From positions 148,430,001-148,494,000 of the forward strand of contig CM059431.1 of NCBI GenBank assembly GCA_030390025.1: a stretch of 64,000 bases of DNA. The letters run 5' to 3'. Below the pieces are notes generated by a model. The model did no database searches. It was not told the DNA's origin and saw only the letters and a program-made list of their open reading frames with translations. Made by a program: the position numbers and the translations under genes. Origin of the DNA: Squalus acanthias. Lineage: Eukaryota. Shown here piece by piece: positions 21,825 through 34,555 of this stretch (position 1 is its first letter; each line of letters opens with the position of its first letter).

Positions 21825-24800
21825 ACATAGAATGTACAGCACAGAAACAGGCCATTAGCCCAACAGCTCCATGCCGGTGCTGATGCTCCACACGAACCTC
21901 CTCCCACCCCTTTTAATCTTACACTATCAGCATAACCTTCTATTCCTTTCTCCTTCATGTGTTTTTCACGCTTCCCCTTAAATGGATCAATGCCATTTAC
22001 TTCAAACAATCTCTCTGTGGTAGCGAGTTCCACATTCTCACCTCTCTCTGGGTAAAAAGGTTTCTCTTGAATTGCTAATTGTATTTATTGGTTACTATTT
22101 TATATTCATGGCCCCTATTTTTGGTCTCATTATTATTTCATGATTTCAGTATTTTTAAACTCTATTATGAATTTGTCAACACACCTTGCCGCACCATCAG
22201 ATTGTGTTTGCTTTTCCGCTGTCGACTTTATCAGAGTGCAAGTTACGATTAGAATCTGTCTCAAAAACTGCAGGACTCCGATTCTACACATGAGACAAAG
22301 TCTCAATGGAATCTTTTATCATAGAATCACAGAATCATACAGCGCAGAAGGAGGCCATTCAGTCCATCGAGCCTGTGCCGGCTCTTTGAAAGAGCTTTTC
22401 AATTAGTGCCCCTACCCCTGTTCTTTTCCCATAGTCCTGCAAATCCCTCACTTCCAGTATTGATCCCGTTCCCTTTTGGAAGTTATTATTGAATCTGCTT
22501 CTATGACATTTTCAGGCAGTGCATTCCCGATCATAACAACTCGCTGCATATATCAAATTCTCCTCATCATCACTTTGGTTCTTTTCCCAATTATCTTATA
22601 TCTGTGTCTTCTGGTTACCGACCCTTCTGCCAGTAGAAATATTTCCTCCTGATTTACTCTATCAAACCCATCATAATTGTGAACATCTCCAGTATATCTC
22701 CCTTTTATATTGCGTGCTCATTGGAGTACAATTCCAGCTTCTGTTGTCTCTTCGCATAAATTAAGTCCCACATCCTTGTTATCACTGTAGCAAATCTCCT
22801 CTGTGCCCACTCCAACTCCTTGACATCCTTCCTGAAGTGTACTGCCAAGAATTGAACACAATACTCCAGCAGGGGCCCAACCAGTGATTTATAAAGGTTC
22901 AGCATAACTTCCTGGCTCTTGTACACTTTCTCCTTTAATAATCTTTTGATATTGTCCTGCCATCTTCAAAGGCTTGTGTACATAAACTCCCAGGTGTCTC
23001 TTTTCCTGCACCCACTTTAAAATTTTACAGTTTAGTTTATATTGCCTCTCCTCAGTTTCCTCCCAGATTTATCCTTCACACCTCTCTGCATTAAATTTCA
23101 TCTGACTTTTTTACATTTTTATTATTTCATGGGATGTGCCATGGCTGGCACTGACAGCAATTATTGTCCATCCCTAATTGCACTTGTGAAATTGGAGTTG
23201 AGCCGCCTTCTAGAACAGCTGTAGTCCTTGGATCGTCGTTTCTCCCACAGTACTCTTCCGAAGGGAGATGCAGGATTTTGACCCAGCGACGATGAAGGAA
23301 CGGCGATATACTCCTAAACTAGGAAATTGTGTGACTTGGAAGGGAACTTGGAGGTGCTGATGTTTCCATGCGCCTGCTGCCCTTGTCCTTCTAGGTGGTA
23401 GAGGTCGCGGGTTTGAGAGGTTCTGTCGAAGAAGCCTTGGCGAGCTGGTGCATTGTATCTTGAAGATGTTACACACTGCAGCCAAGGTGCACCATCGGTG
23501 GAGGCAGTAAACTCTTAAGGTTATTGATGTGGTGCCAGTCAAGCGGGCTGCTTTGAACTGGATGATGTCGAGCATCTTGAGTGTTGTTGGAGCTGCACTC
23601 ATCCAGACAAGTGGAGAGTATTCCATCACACTCCTGAGTTGTGCCTTGTAGATGGTGGAAAGGCTTTGGGGTGTCAGGAGGTGAGACAATCGCCGAAGAA
23701 TATCCAGGCTCTGACCTGCTCTTGTAGCCACAATTTTTACGTGGCTCGTCCCGGTCCAGTTAAGTTTCTGGTGAATGTTGACCCTCAGGATATTGATGGT
23801 GATGGATTTGGTGATAATAAGGCCATTGAATGTCACGGGGAGGTGAGAATTGTTGGAGACCGTCATTGCCTGGCACTTGTGTGATTCGAGTGCTACTTAC
23901 CTCTTACAGCGCAAGCCTGAAAGTCGTCCAGGTCTTGCTGCATGCGGCACCGACTGCTTCATTATCTGAGGAGTTGCGAATGGAAGTGAAAACTGCAATC
24001 GTAAGCGAACATCTGCATTTCTGACCTTATGTTGGAGGGAGTTCATTGATGAAGCAGCCATCTTCCTTTGTGCAGGTTATGACTCCAGCCAATGGAGAGA
24101 CTTCTGCCTCATTCCGAATTACTTCAATTTTACGAAGGCTCATTGATGCCACACTTGGTCAAATGCTGCCTTGATGTCGAGGCAGTCACTCTTAGCTCAG
24201 CTCTCGAATTCAGCTCTTTGTCCATTTTTCGACCAAGGCTGTAATGAAGCTGGAGCCCAGTGGCCCTGTCTGAACCAAACTGAGCGTTCGTGAGTAGGTT
24301 ATTGGTGTTTAGGTATCACTTAATAACACTGTCGATGACACCTCTCATTACTTTGCTCATTTCAGCAGTTTGTTTATGTCCTCCTGAAGCCTACTCCGAT
24401 CCCAATCAGTGTTTACTACATTTCCTATTTTTGTGTCATCTGCAAACGTTCAAATTATGCCCTTTATATGTATACATATAAATATAACAATATGTTTAAT
24501 ATTTATCTAAATGATCAGTGGTCCGAATAGCGACACCTGGGGGACACCACTGTATACTTCACTCCACTCTGAATAACAACCTGTCACCACTACACTCTGT
24601 TATCTGTCCCTCAGCCAATGTCAGAGCCGCAAAGCCACTGCCCCTTTGTTCCTAACAAGTTTATTCAAAGACAGTTAATCAAATGCATTTCTAAAGTCAT
24701 GTACAAACGTCAATCACATTACGCTCATCAACCCTTTCCGTTACTTCATCAAAGAACTCAATCAAGATGGTCAGACACACTTTGCCGTTAACGTATCCGT

Positions 24801-25100
24801 GCTTGTTGTCATTTATTAATCCAGGTTTCTTTCCAAGTCACAGATAATTTTCTCCGGGTATATGGACTCTAGAAATTTCCCCACCGCCTACTTTACCCTG
24901 ACTGGCCCGTAGTTACAGGGTTTAACACTCCCTTCTTTTTTAAGCAGTTTGTAACATTGGCAACTCTAAAATCCTTTGGTCCCACTCCAATATCCAAGGA
25001 GGATTGAACGATTCTGGGCAGTTCCTGCGCTGTTTCCACCTTTACTTCTCTCAGCAACCCTCAGGCATCTCATCCGGACCGCGGAAATGTTCTACTTTAC
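21825..25100 (-). mobile_element. Nested minus-strand CR1-clade LINE fragments (a different CR1 family inserted at ~23105-24360)
   Basis: Minus-strand ORFs LYKSLVGPLLEYCVQF and IYKAQLRSVMEYSPLVW; CR1 tails CATAGAATCACAGAATC. Confidence 0.85.
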
Positions 25101-25139
25101 TGTGGTACAGAATGTGCTGGATTGAAATGGGTTAACTGA

Positions 25140-25311
25140 AGCTGTTTGTTCAGTGACTGTAATTAATGTCAGTCGCCATGGACCATAAATGCATCTATGC
25201 AGGGATTCACTCTTTTATTAATAAGGGACTCCTTTCAATGTATTATCCCATAGTGTCAGTGAGAGCATCTCCTCCGGCACTAACATTGATCAGTGAGCTG
25301 CTCATCAGAGA
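25140..25311 (+). promoter_or_regulatory. Putative promoter/5' UTR of an orphan GPR139-like exon 1
   Basis: GTTCAGTGACTGTAATTAATGTCAGT...AGGGATTCAC...TTAATAAGGGACTCC aligns with 5240-5330 and 55150-55240. Confidence 0.5.
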
Positions 25312-25576
25312 GTGAGTCAGAATCTGAGAACAGCAGATTAGAATGTTACCACATTCGGTTGGAACCTAAGAACAGTGGATTGGAATGTTACAACAATGGA
25401 TCAGAATCTGAGCTCAGTAGATTGGAACGTTACAACAATGGGAAAGGGTTTCTCCTAGGCGTTTGACATGTTTTCTGAATATTATGATTATCTATCATTA
25501 GCAAATAAGATCTATTACGCACTTCTGATTCTGCAATGCATTTAATTTCCCCTCCTTGCTGCTGTTGGTGTTTCTG
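25312..25576 (+). pseudogene. GPR139-like exon 1, pseudogenised (in-frame stops; no private exon 2 found)
   Basis: From ATG 25396: MDQNLSSVDWNVTTMGKGFS*AFDMFSEYYDYLSLANKIYYALLILQCI*FPLLAAVGVS G|gtaagt (phase 1). Four in-frame 7-codon repeats precede it from GTG 25312. Confidence 0.85.
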
Positions 25577-25850
25577 GTAAGTCTCTCTATCCAGTTATCA
25601 ATTCTATAAAACGTGATTAACTGCACTGCAGTTCTTGCCTTTTACATGCCCTTCCTTGTTGCGGTTGATGTTCCTGGTAAGTCTCTGTATACAGCTATTA
25701 AATCTGTAAACCTTTGCATACTGTATTACTATTCTCGGAAGTTACTCTCTCATCTGTGCTGCTGTTGGTCTTCCTGTTAAGTCTCTACATACAGCAATTA
25801 GATCTGTACACCACGTCTCACTGTATTACTGTGCTTATCATTTAAATCTT
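25548..25850 (+). repeat. 100-bp tandem repeat of the exon-1/intron junction (3 copies)
   Basis: GCTGTTGGTGTTCCTG|GTAAGTCTCT...; donor positions at 25577, 25677 and 25777 (the last mutated to TTAAG). Confidence 0.85.
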
Positions 25851-26330
25851 GGGAAGTCCAAAGACATTGTCGTCGGTCCTCGTCAAAAAACTCATTTTTT
25901 TATTGATCAATTCAGTCCCCCTCCCTGATCAACGTCCGAGGATGAACCAGATTGTTAGCAAACATGGCGTTCACTTTCAGCCTGTGCTGAGTTCCGACCA
26001 CATATCCTATGAACCATCAGTCCTGCCGACGACCGCCTCCATAATATCGACCGTCTCCGCACCTCCTCAGCACTTCCGCAGCATAAAACCTTCACCGTGC
26101 CTTTGTTAAACCTCACTCGACTATTCCAATACTCTTCTAGATGGCCTCCCAGTTACAAGCCTCCATCAACTAGAGCTGATCCAAAACTCCTAAGACGCAT
26201 CATGTCCCGTTCACCCATCACTCCTTTGCTCAAAGATCACCATTTGCTCCCGATCAGGAAAGGCCTCTATCTTAATATTCTCATCCTTAAGATCAAATCC
26301 CACCATGGCCTCACCACTCCAATTTGTCCC
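25850..26330 (+). mobile_element. Decayed L2 LINE RT C-terminal fragment
   Basis: CTCGACTATTCCAAT...GAGCTGATCCAAAACTC...CCCATCACTCCTTTGCTC, L2-like. Confidence 0.65.
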
Positions 26331-26499
26331 ATTTTCATGTTCTTTTTCCATTGTACTTCAAATTGTTACCCTTTAAGTATTTATACAATTCCCCTTTTAA
26401 TTTAATTTCTTCCCTGCTGTACCTCTCCTAGTCTTTCTGTCTCTAATTTTCTTTGTCTCCGTCTCTCACTCTCCCCCTTCTCTCTCTCTGTCTCTTGCT

Positions 26500-27609
26500 C
26501 ATAGTGTCAAAGAATGGTACAGCACAGTAGGAGGACATTCGGCCCATCGTGTCAGTGTCTTCTCTTTGAAAGAGCTGTCTCATTATTCCTACTCTTTAGC
26601 CAGAGCCCGGTAAAAAAAATTCCATTCAACTAATTATCCCACTCCCTTTCGATAGTTACTCCTGAATCTACTTCCACCACGTTCTCAGACAGTGCATTCC
26701 AGATCAGAGCAACTCACTGCAAAAAGTTAATTCTCCTCATCTCTCCTCTGGGTCTTTTGCCTATTAACTTAGTTCTGTGTACTCTGGTAACCCAAGTTTC
26801 TGCCACTGGAAAACAATTCGAATTATGCGCACTATGAAATCCAATCAACATTTTTAATATCTATATTAAATCTCCCCTTATGAAAAAGGGCAAAGATAGA
26901 CCAGGTGCAAACGTTTTCAATTGGGGAAAGGCCAATTTTACTAAGCTCAGCTGCTATTTAGCAAAAGTGAACTGGTAAGCAGCTACTTGAAGGTAAATCA
27001 GTGTCAGAGCATTCAAGGAGGAGATAGTGAGGGTTCAGAGCAAATATGTCCCCCCAAAGAAAAACAGAAAGGAAAGACTTGCATTTATATAGCGCCTTTC
27101 ACGACCACCAGACGTCTTAAAGCGCTTACAGCCAATGAATACTTTTGAAGTGTAGTCACTGCTGTATTGTAGGAAACGCGGCTGCCAATTTGCACACAAC
27201 AAGCTCCCACAAATAATAATGTGTAAATGACCAGATAATCTGATTTGTTATGTTGACTCAGGGATAAATATTTGCCAGGACACCTCACCTGCTCTTCATC
27301 GAAATAGTGCCATGGGCATTTTTACGTCCACCTGATGGAGCAGACGAGGCCGACGTTTAAAGTCTCATCCGAAAGACGTTACCTCCGACAGTGCAGCACT
27401 CCCTCAGCACTGCACTGGAGTGTCAGCATTGTTTTATATGCTCAGGTCCCTGGAATGGGACTTGAACCCAAACCTTCTGACTCAGAGGCGAGTGTGCAAC
27501 CAACCGAGCCACATCTGACAAAAAGGATGAGACTCTCAAATTTAGGGCCCACTGGATGTCAAAAAGCATACAGGGAAGAAGAATGTAAATAAGGGAAGCT
27601 TTTGTCTAA
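26500..27609. mobile_element. CR1 fragments (minus strand ~26500-26880; plus strand 26880-27609, resuming at 29593-29650)
   Basis: The plus-strand CR1 ORF2 is split by a SINE and by a solo LTR. Confidence 0.75.
27066..27519 (-). mobile_element. Full-length tRNA-derived SacSINE1/Deu-type SINE
   Basis: Minus strand: box A-like TGGCTCGGTTGG, box B GGTTCAAGTCC, central CAGTGCTGAGGGAGTGCTGCACTG / GGCACTATTTCGA block, L2-like tail AAAGGCGCTATATAAATGCAAGTCTTTC. Confidence 0.88.
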
Positions 27610-29592
27610 TGTAGAATTCGCAATATATCGCGATTTTATAAATAAGGAGAAAACACATAGTTTCGTTCAAACAGCTTTATTTCAGCAGAATGCTCTCAGG
27701 TTTTCAAAGTGGACACAAGCAGCTTGTAAAATGGCCGCCACGCCTCGTGGCAGAACATTCTAGACTTTTCGACAAGCAGACAAGATGGCGTTCCAATAAA
27801 CATTTGTGCAAGATCGATCAAGACTAAGCACATTTAAGATAATACACGAGACATCATGGGTTTGCAGTATACACATAAATACTGAAATCGGTCTCCCAGG
27901 TGCGAATAAGGGCTATTGTACCAAGTAATCAAGAACCCATCCAAAGACATTAATATGCAAAATCCCAACGACTCTACGATGAGAGAGCCGTTAGCGGGTA
28001 GTTACAGAAAACATTTGGGAGCCCCAAAACCCCTCCAGGGAGAACGCCGACCGATTAAACAATGGGAAAAATATTAACAGGTACTCAGACAGTTACGAGT
28101 ATCCCCGAAACCCATTAAAACGGAGATCACCCTATACAATAAATTTGAGCGCCAAACCCTAACAAAAGAAAAGACATTAAGGTTGGGCGGGAAAAGGAAG
28201 AGTTTTGCACTATAACTGCAAGCTCCAACCGTCCATCTTTCTCTTATCCTGCTGGCGTTTATCCTCGTGGCTGCTCTTGTGCTCTTATACTTTCGACTCC
28301 TTGCCGTTTGCCTCGTGTCTCTGCCTCTTGCAGCTTGAAAGACTGTTGAACTTTACGATCCGCTAGGATCTGCCTCGTGGCTTGCCGCGAAGATCTGTGT
28401 GGAACCGGGCTGTGAAGCCTTGAAACGGGCGCACCATCCCGAGAAGTCGGTAAACGGTGTTGGAACCGAAGGCCCGAGATGAGATGAGATGAGATGAGAA
28501 GAGAAGAAGATCATACGTATCGCCACGGTCAGTAAGCTCCGACCGCGCCTGTAGGTCGAATAGATACTTTCCTTGCCCAGGAAGACCATCTTTGAATTTT
28601 ACAGAACAGCCAGGAAGACTATTCTTCGAATTTTATCGCATCAGTGCGAGGGCACAGGAAGACTCTTTTTTTGAGTAGAGTCGGAACTCCGAGGACAACA
28701 CAGATCTTCATGACAGCAGACGGTCCAGCCTGCTAGCCGGAGCAGAAACGAGTAAACAAGTCCAAAAATGTGTGGGTTAGGTTGATTTGGCTATGATAAA
28801 TTGACCCTTAGTGTTAGGGGGGATTAAATATGTGGGGTTATGGGGATAGGATGGGATATGTTAGGGGGAATTAAATACGTGGGGTTGCGGGGGTAGGGTG
28901 GGATATGTGTACTGTGGGGATTAAAGCAGGGACAGGGTACTGGATTTGGATGATCAGCCATGATCGTATTGAATGGCGGAGCAGGCTCGACGGGCCGAAT
29001 GGCCTACTCCTGCTCCTAGATTCTATGTTTCTATGTTTCTATAAGTGGGGTACAGAGACCTCTGATCAACACGTGGGTGATCAGGTGCTGCGGTGAAAAA
29101 CATCCGATCAGAGTTTTCGGAATTCTCCGAGTTATCACGAGTGGTGAGCATGAGTCTCGATCCTACAAGTCTAGTTTAGAGCAGGTATTGATAGGGGAGG
29201 GTTTAAGTTTTAAGGATAATTGTAATGTGTGCCCCCATTTACGATGTGTCGTTCGTTCCTCGTTTCCCTGAAATTAGTTACATAACTGCGTGTAAGATTG
29301 TACTGTCATTAATCTGTGCTTATGACATGTATTTCGTAATCTTAAATAATATGCAATAAAGATTTTCCATTTCGTCCCGTTCAACCGGGTCTACCTGAGT
29401 TTTCTCTCCATTACTGCTCTCGCATCTAAGTCCAGTGTCAGAACCGTAAGGGCGAGTGGGTCGAACCACTCACAGGTGTTTAGTGCTCCCAGACTGGCTG
29501 GAGACCAGAACAGGCAATAAGGCCTAAACTCGCACTAGCATCCAGGCTGCACAGAGCCACACGAATCTCACAGGTTCAGAGAAACCCTTACA
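27610..29592 (+). mobile_element. Solo LTR (~2 kb including a nested SINE) with 4-bp TSD CTAA
   Basis: TGTA...TACA termini; CTAA at 27606-27609 and 29593-29596; the flanks rejoin into one CR1; GC box 28185, TATAA 28211, AATAAA 29355. Confidence 0.85.
28762..29042 (+). mobile_element. 5'-truncated SINE with CR1-like tail (HE1-like) nested in the LTR
   Basis: GGTTAGGTTGATTTGGCTATGATAAATTG...GGCCTACTCCTGCTCC...TTCTATGTTTCTAT; AAGT on both sides (possible TSD). Confidence 0.65.
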
Positions 29593-29654
29593 CTAATGCT
29601 GAGAGCCCACTACTGCAGAAAGCCTAGAGGAGTAAAGTAATTGCAAGGGTTTCA

Positions 29655-32600
29655 TAGGATTACATAAGATTATATAGGATAATCGGCACAGAAACATTCC
29701 ATTTGACCCAATCAGTCTAGACCGGTATTTATGCTCCACTCGAGCCTCCACCCGTCTTTCCTCATCTAATTCTATCAGCATTGCCCTCTATTCCCTTCTC
29801 ACTTTTAAGCTTATCTAACCGCCCCTTAAATGCATCCATACTATTCGCTTCAGCCATTACCAGTGGTAGCGTGTTCCACATTCTCACCACTTTCTGGATA
29901 AATAAGTTTATTCTGAATTCCCTATTTGATTTCTTTTTTGACTATCTTATATTGATGACCTCCAGTTTTCCTCTTCCCAAAAGTGGAAACATTCTCTCTG
30001 CGTTTATGCTGTCAAAATCTTTCATGATTTCAAGACCTCTATTGGGTCACCCCTCAGCCTTTTTTTTTCAAGTGAAAAGATATCCAGTGTGTTCATCCTT
30101 TCATGATATGTGTCCCCTCGCATTTCTGGTATCATCTTTGTAAATCTTCTCTGCACCCTCTCCAGTGCCTTCATGTCCTTTTTTTATAATAAAGCAATGC
30201 ATATAGTAATCCAATTTTGATCTAACCAAGTCCACACCATTGTTCGGTAGAAAGTTTCGCATAACTTCCCTACTCTACAATTCTATCCCTCTAGAAATAA
30301 ACCATAGTGCTTGGGTTGCTTTTTGTATGGCCTTTTTAACCTGTGTCGATACTTTTCAGCGATTTTTATATTTGTACTCCTGGATCCCTTTGCACCTCTG
30401 CCCCAGTTTGGAATCTTATTTTCCAAGTAATATGTGAACTCCCTATTTGGCATAACAAAATGTAATACCTCACATTTATCTGTGTTGAACGTCATTTGCT
30501 AATTATATGCCAATTCTGCAAGTTTATTAAAGTCTTCTTGTAATTTGTTGCTGTCCTCCTCAGTGTTAGCCATCCCCTCCAAATTCGTGTCGTCCACACA
30601 TTTTGAAATTATGTTTTTGGTTCTAAAAATCTAAATCGTTAATATAAGTTATGAACAACAGTGGTCCCAGCAGTGATCCTTGTAGAACACCACTACCCTC
30701 CTTCTGCCAGGCTGATAATCTACCCTTTATCCCTACTCTCTGCCAACTCTCTATTGCTGCCTGTGTTATTATCCTCTCCATCGCTTCGTGTCCCTATTCC
30801 GATCAAAACATACCTTTATCTATTGATATGCCTGTAACATATTTACCTTTTATTTTTTCCTTGATAATTTAATTTCCTCGTTCATGTTTGTCTTCCTAAT
30901 TGATTTTTTTTACTTCCCTTCTAAAGCCTTCATATTCTCCCTTACCATACTCTCCCCTGCTGTCCATGTAGTGAATGTATGCCGCTTTCCTTCAGCTCAA
31001 TTTTTACATTATGGCTTTATTCATACACGGTGACTCATTAGTGTTTAGCTTGTTCTTGTTTATTCGCAGAATATTCATTTCCTGGACTCTGTTGAACACT
31101 GATTCAAAAGTTTCTCATTGCCGTTCTACATCATTGCTTGCGAATGTTGTCCATTTTATTTCCTAAGGTTCATTCTCAGCCCCTCAATATCGGCTGCTCT
31201 ACAATCTATTGTTGTTGTCGTTGTCACACATGTGCCCTTCTCAATTATTATCTTAAAGCGTATGATATTATGTTCACTATTGCCTGTATGTTCCCCGACT
31301 TTAACTTTTGTTATCTGCTCCGTGTCATTTCACATTACTAGATCCAATAGTGAATACTTCCTTGTTGGGCTTACAAAGGAGTCTTGATCACATTGTAAAA
31401 CTTGATTCCCTTATTCCTTTTACCCGACTGTTTTGTCCAATTTATCTGTGGGTATTTGAAATCCCCCATGATTATTATTCTATTTTCTTCACTAACTTCC
31501 CGAATTTGTCTGCATTTTTCTTCCTCCAACTCTTTTCCAAATTAGGTGGTCTGTTGAATACGCCATTAGTGTGATTGATCATTTATTAACTTTCATCTCT
31601 ATACACAAGTAGTATATTTCTGTCTTGCTGATACCTGCGTCACTTTTATCTACTGCCATTATGGTATCCCTAATAAGTACGGCAACTCCACCTCCCCTTT
31701 TTCCCTCTCTCTATCGTTTCTAAATATGTGGGGAAAAAAATCCAAGTCCTGAATTTTCGGTAGGCATGTCTCAGTGAAAGCAAAGAGAGGGAATGGTAAA
31801 ATATTAACACGTTAAATCAAGGAAAGCCCAAAGATGTTTTGTAAATACATAAAGTGCAAGTCGATAACTGAGGAAAGAGTAGGGCCTTTTAGAGACCAAT
31901 AAGATAACATCTGTGTGGAGGTGGAAGACATGGATATGGTTCTTTCGGAATACATTTCGTCTGTCTTCACAGAAAAGAAGGATAATGCAGACATTGTAGT
32001 TACAGAGGAAGAATGTGAAATATTAGATAGGAAGAGCATAAAGAGAGAGGAACTATTAAGAGGTTTTTTTTCTTTGAAAATAGATATGTCACAAGGCCCA
32101 GATGAAATGTATCCCAGGCTGTTAAGATAGACAAGATAAGGTTGTATCTGTGTAACTTGATTTAATTTGATAGGGAGGTAACGAGGAGGATCGATGAGGG
32201 TAGTGCATTACATACAGTCCCAATAGATATTAGCAAGGCATTTTACAACATCCAAAATTACACGATGGTAAAAAAAAAGTAAAATCCCACGGGATCCAAG
32301 GGAAAGTTGCAAGTTGGATCCAAAATTGGCTCAGTGGCAGGATGCAAAGGGAAATGTCCGACAGATGTTTTTGTGACTGGAAGGCTGTTTCCATTGGGTT
32401 TCTGCAGGATTCTGTACCAGGTCCCTTGCTGTTTGTGGTATATATCAATGATTTGGACCTCGATGATTAAAAAGTCTGCGGATTATAAAAAAATTGGCCG
32501 TGTGGTTGATAGTGAGGAAGAAAGCTGTAGACTGCAGGGAGATATCAATGGTCTGGTCAGGTGGACAGAAAAGTGTCAAATGGAAATCAATCCGGAGAAG

Positions 32601-34359
32601 TGGGGAGGGCTAACATTGCAAGGGAGTCCACAATAATTAGTAGAATACGGAGAAATGTAGAGGAACAGAGCGAGTTGAAGTGCTTGTCCACAGATCCGTG
32701 AAGTAGCAGGACAGCTAGGTTGGTATTTAAGAAGGTATACAGGATAACCAATTATATTAGCCGAGGCATAGAATATAACAGCAGAGAGGTTATGCTTATT
32801 CTCTAAAATGCAGAGGAGGTTGAGGGAGTTTTTTAACCAAGCTGCATAAAATTATGAGCGGCCTAGATAGAGTGGCTAGTAAGCAGCTATCCCTTCACAG
32901 AGAGGTCAATAACCAGGGGCATAGATTTAACGTAATTGGCAGAAGAATTCGAGGAGAGTTGAGAATTCCATTTACCCAGTGTGTGGTGGGGATCTGGAAC
33001 TCACTGCCTGAAAGGGTGAAGGAGGCAGAAACCCTCATCACATTAAAAAGTACTTGGATGTGCACTTTAAGTGCCACAACTTGCAAGGCTACGGACCAAG
33101 AGCAGGAAAGTGGAATTAGTCTGGATAGCTCTTTTGCGACCGGCGCAGACACGAAGTGCCGAATGGCCTCCTTCTATGCTGCACATTTCTATGATTCTGT
33201 GATTCTATTTTCCTTAACCTTCGCTGCTCTAAAAAGAACAATCCCAGATGCTCCAGTCTCTCCATGTAACTGAAGTCCCAGATCACTGGTACCTTTCTGG
33301 TAAATCCCTACACCTTCTCTAATCCTTGATATGCTTGCAAAGTATGCTGCCCTGAATTGGACACAATGCTCCAGCTGCGGCCTAACCAGTGATTTAGAAA
33401 ATGTTAGCATTTCTTCCTGGATTGTGTTACTCTGTGTCGCTGTTTGTAAAGCCAAGGACTATGTCTGCTTTATTTGCAGCTGTCGCAATTTGTCCTGCCA
33501 CCTTCAAAACATTCTTTAGTACTCCCCACGTCTGTCTGATCGTGCACCCACTTTAAAATTGTACCGTTTAGTTTATATTGCCTCTGCTTATACTTCCTAC
33601 CAAAATGTATCACTTCACACTCCTCTGTGTTAAATTGTATCTGCCATGTAAGTCCCCATTTCATCAGTCTACCTGTATGCTCCTGAAGTCTGTAACTACC
33701 GTTCTCACTGATAATTAATATTTCCGAGTTTCCTATCAACTGAAAAATTTGAAATTATGTGCTGTATACAAAAGTCCATGGCATTAATATACATGAAAAG
33801 CGCAATTGACCAATACCGATCCTTGGGGAACCCCATTTTATACTGCCATCCTGTTTGAAAAATAACCATTTACCAGTACTTTCTGTCTTTTAGCCAATTT
33901 CCGAGCCATATTTCCACTGCCCCTTTAATCCCACGGGCTTCAATTTTGGTATTATGTGTTAGTTTATCAAAATCCTTTTGAAAAGATAGGGAAATTGGGA
34001 AAGTGTGCGTAGTATCAATCATAAAACCATAGAATTGATGAGCCATGTTACTTCTGACAAATTGTGTAGCAGAGCATGACGTCCACAAGGATCATAGGTC
34101 TCATCTGGTTTCAATCAATGAATTACAAAATCATTGATTTTATTGCCAGTTTATTATTTATATTTATTTGTTCTCAGAATATTGGTGCGGCTGTTAAGGC
34201 CAGTATTGCTTGCCCAACCCTAGTTACCTATGATAAAATGGTGGTCCTTCATCTTTATCCTCTGCAGTCCATGTGGTGAAGATGCTTTCACAATACTCTT
34301 ATGGAAGGAATTTCAGGCTTTTGACCCAGAGACGATGAAGGAACGGCGATATATTTGAA
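29655..34359. mobile_element. Array of decayed CR1 LINE fragments (minus 29655-31780, plus 31780-33205, minus 33205-33990 and 34150-34359)
   Basis: GPDEMYPRLL, FTQCVVGIWNSLPER and LVRPQLEHCVQF motifs; CR1 tails. Confidence 0.85.
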
Positions 34360-34555
34360 GGGTACGGTAGGATAGTTGTTTTGTTGCTGAACTAGTAAAC
34401 CAGATGCCGGGACGAAATATCCTGTAGTTCAAATCACACCAGCTGGGGAATTTAAATTAAATTAATTAAACAAATCTATAATAAAATGCTAGTGTCAGGA
34501 ATGGTAACCTTGAAACTACCGGATTGTAGTAAAAACACATCTGGTTCACGAATGT

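Noticed and set aside
27440..27519. tRNA gene
   Set aside because: The box A/B motifs belong to a SINE head followed by SINE body and tail; there is no complete cloverleaf.
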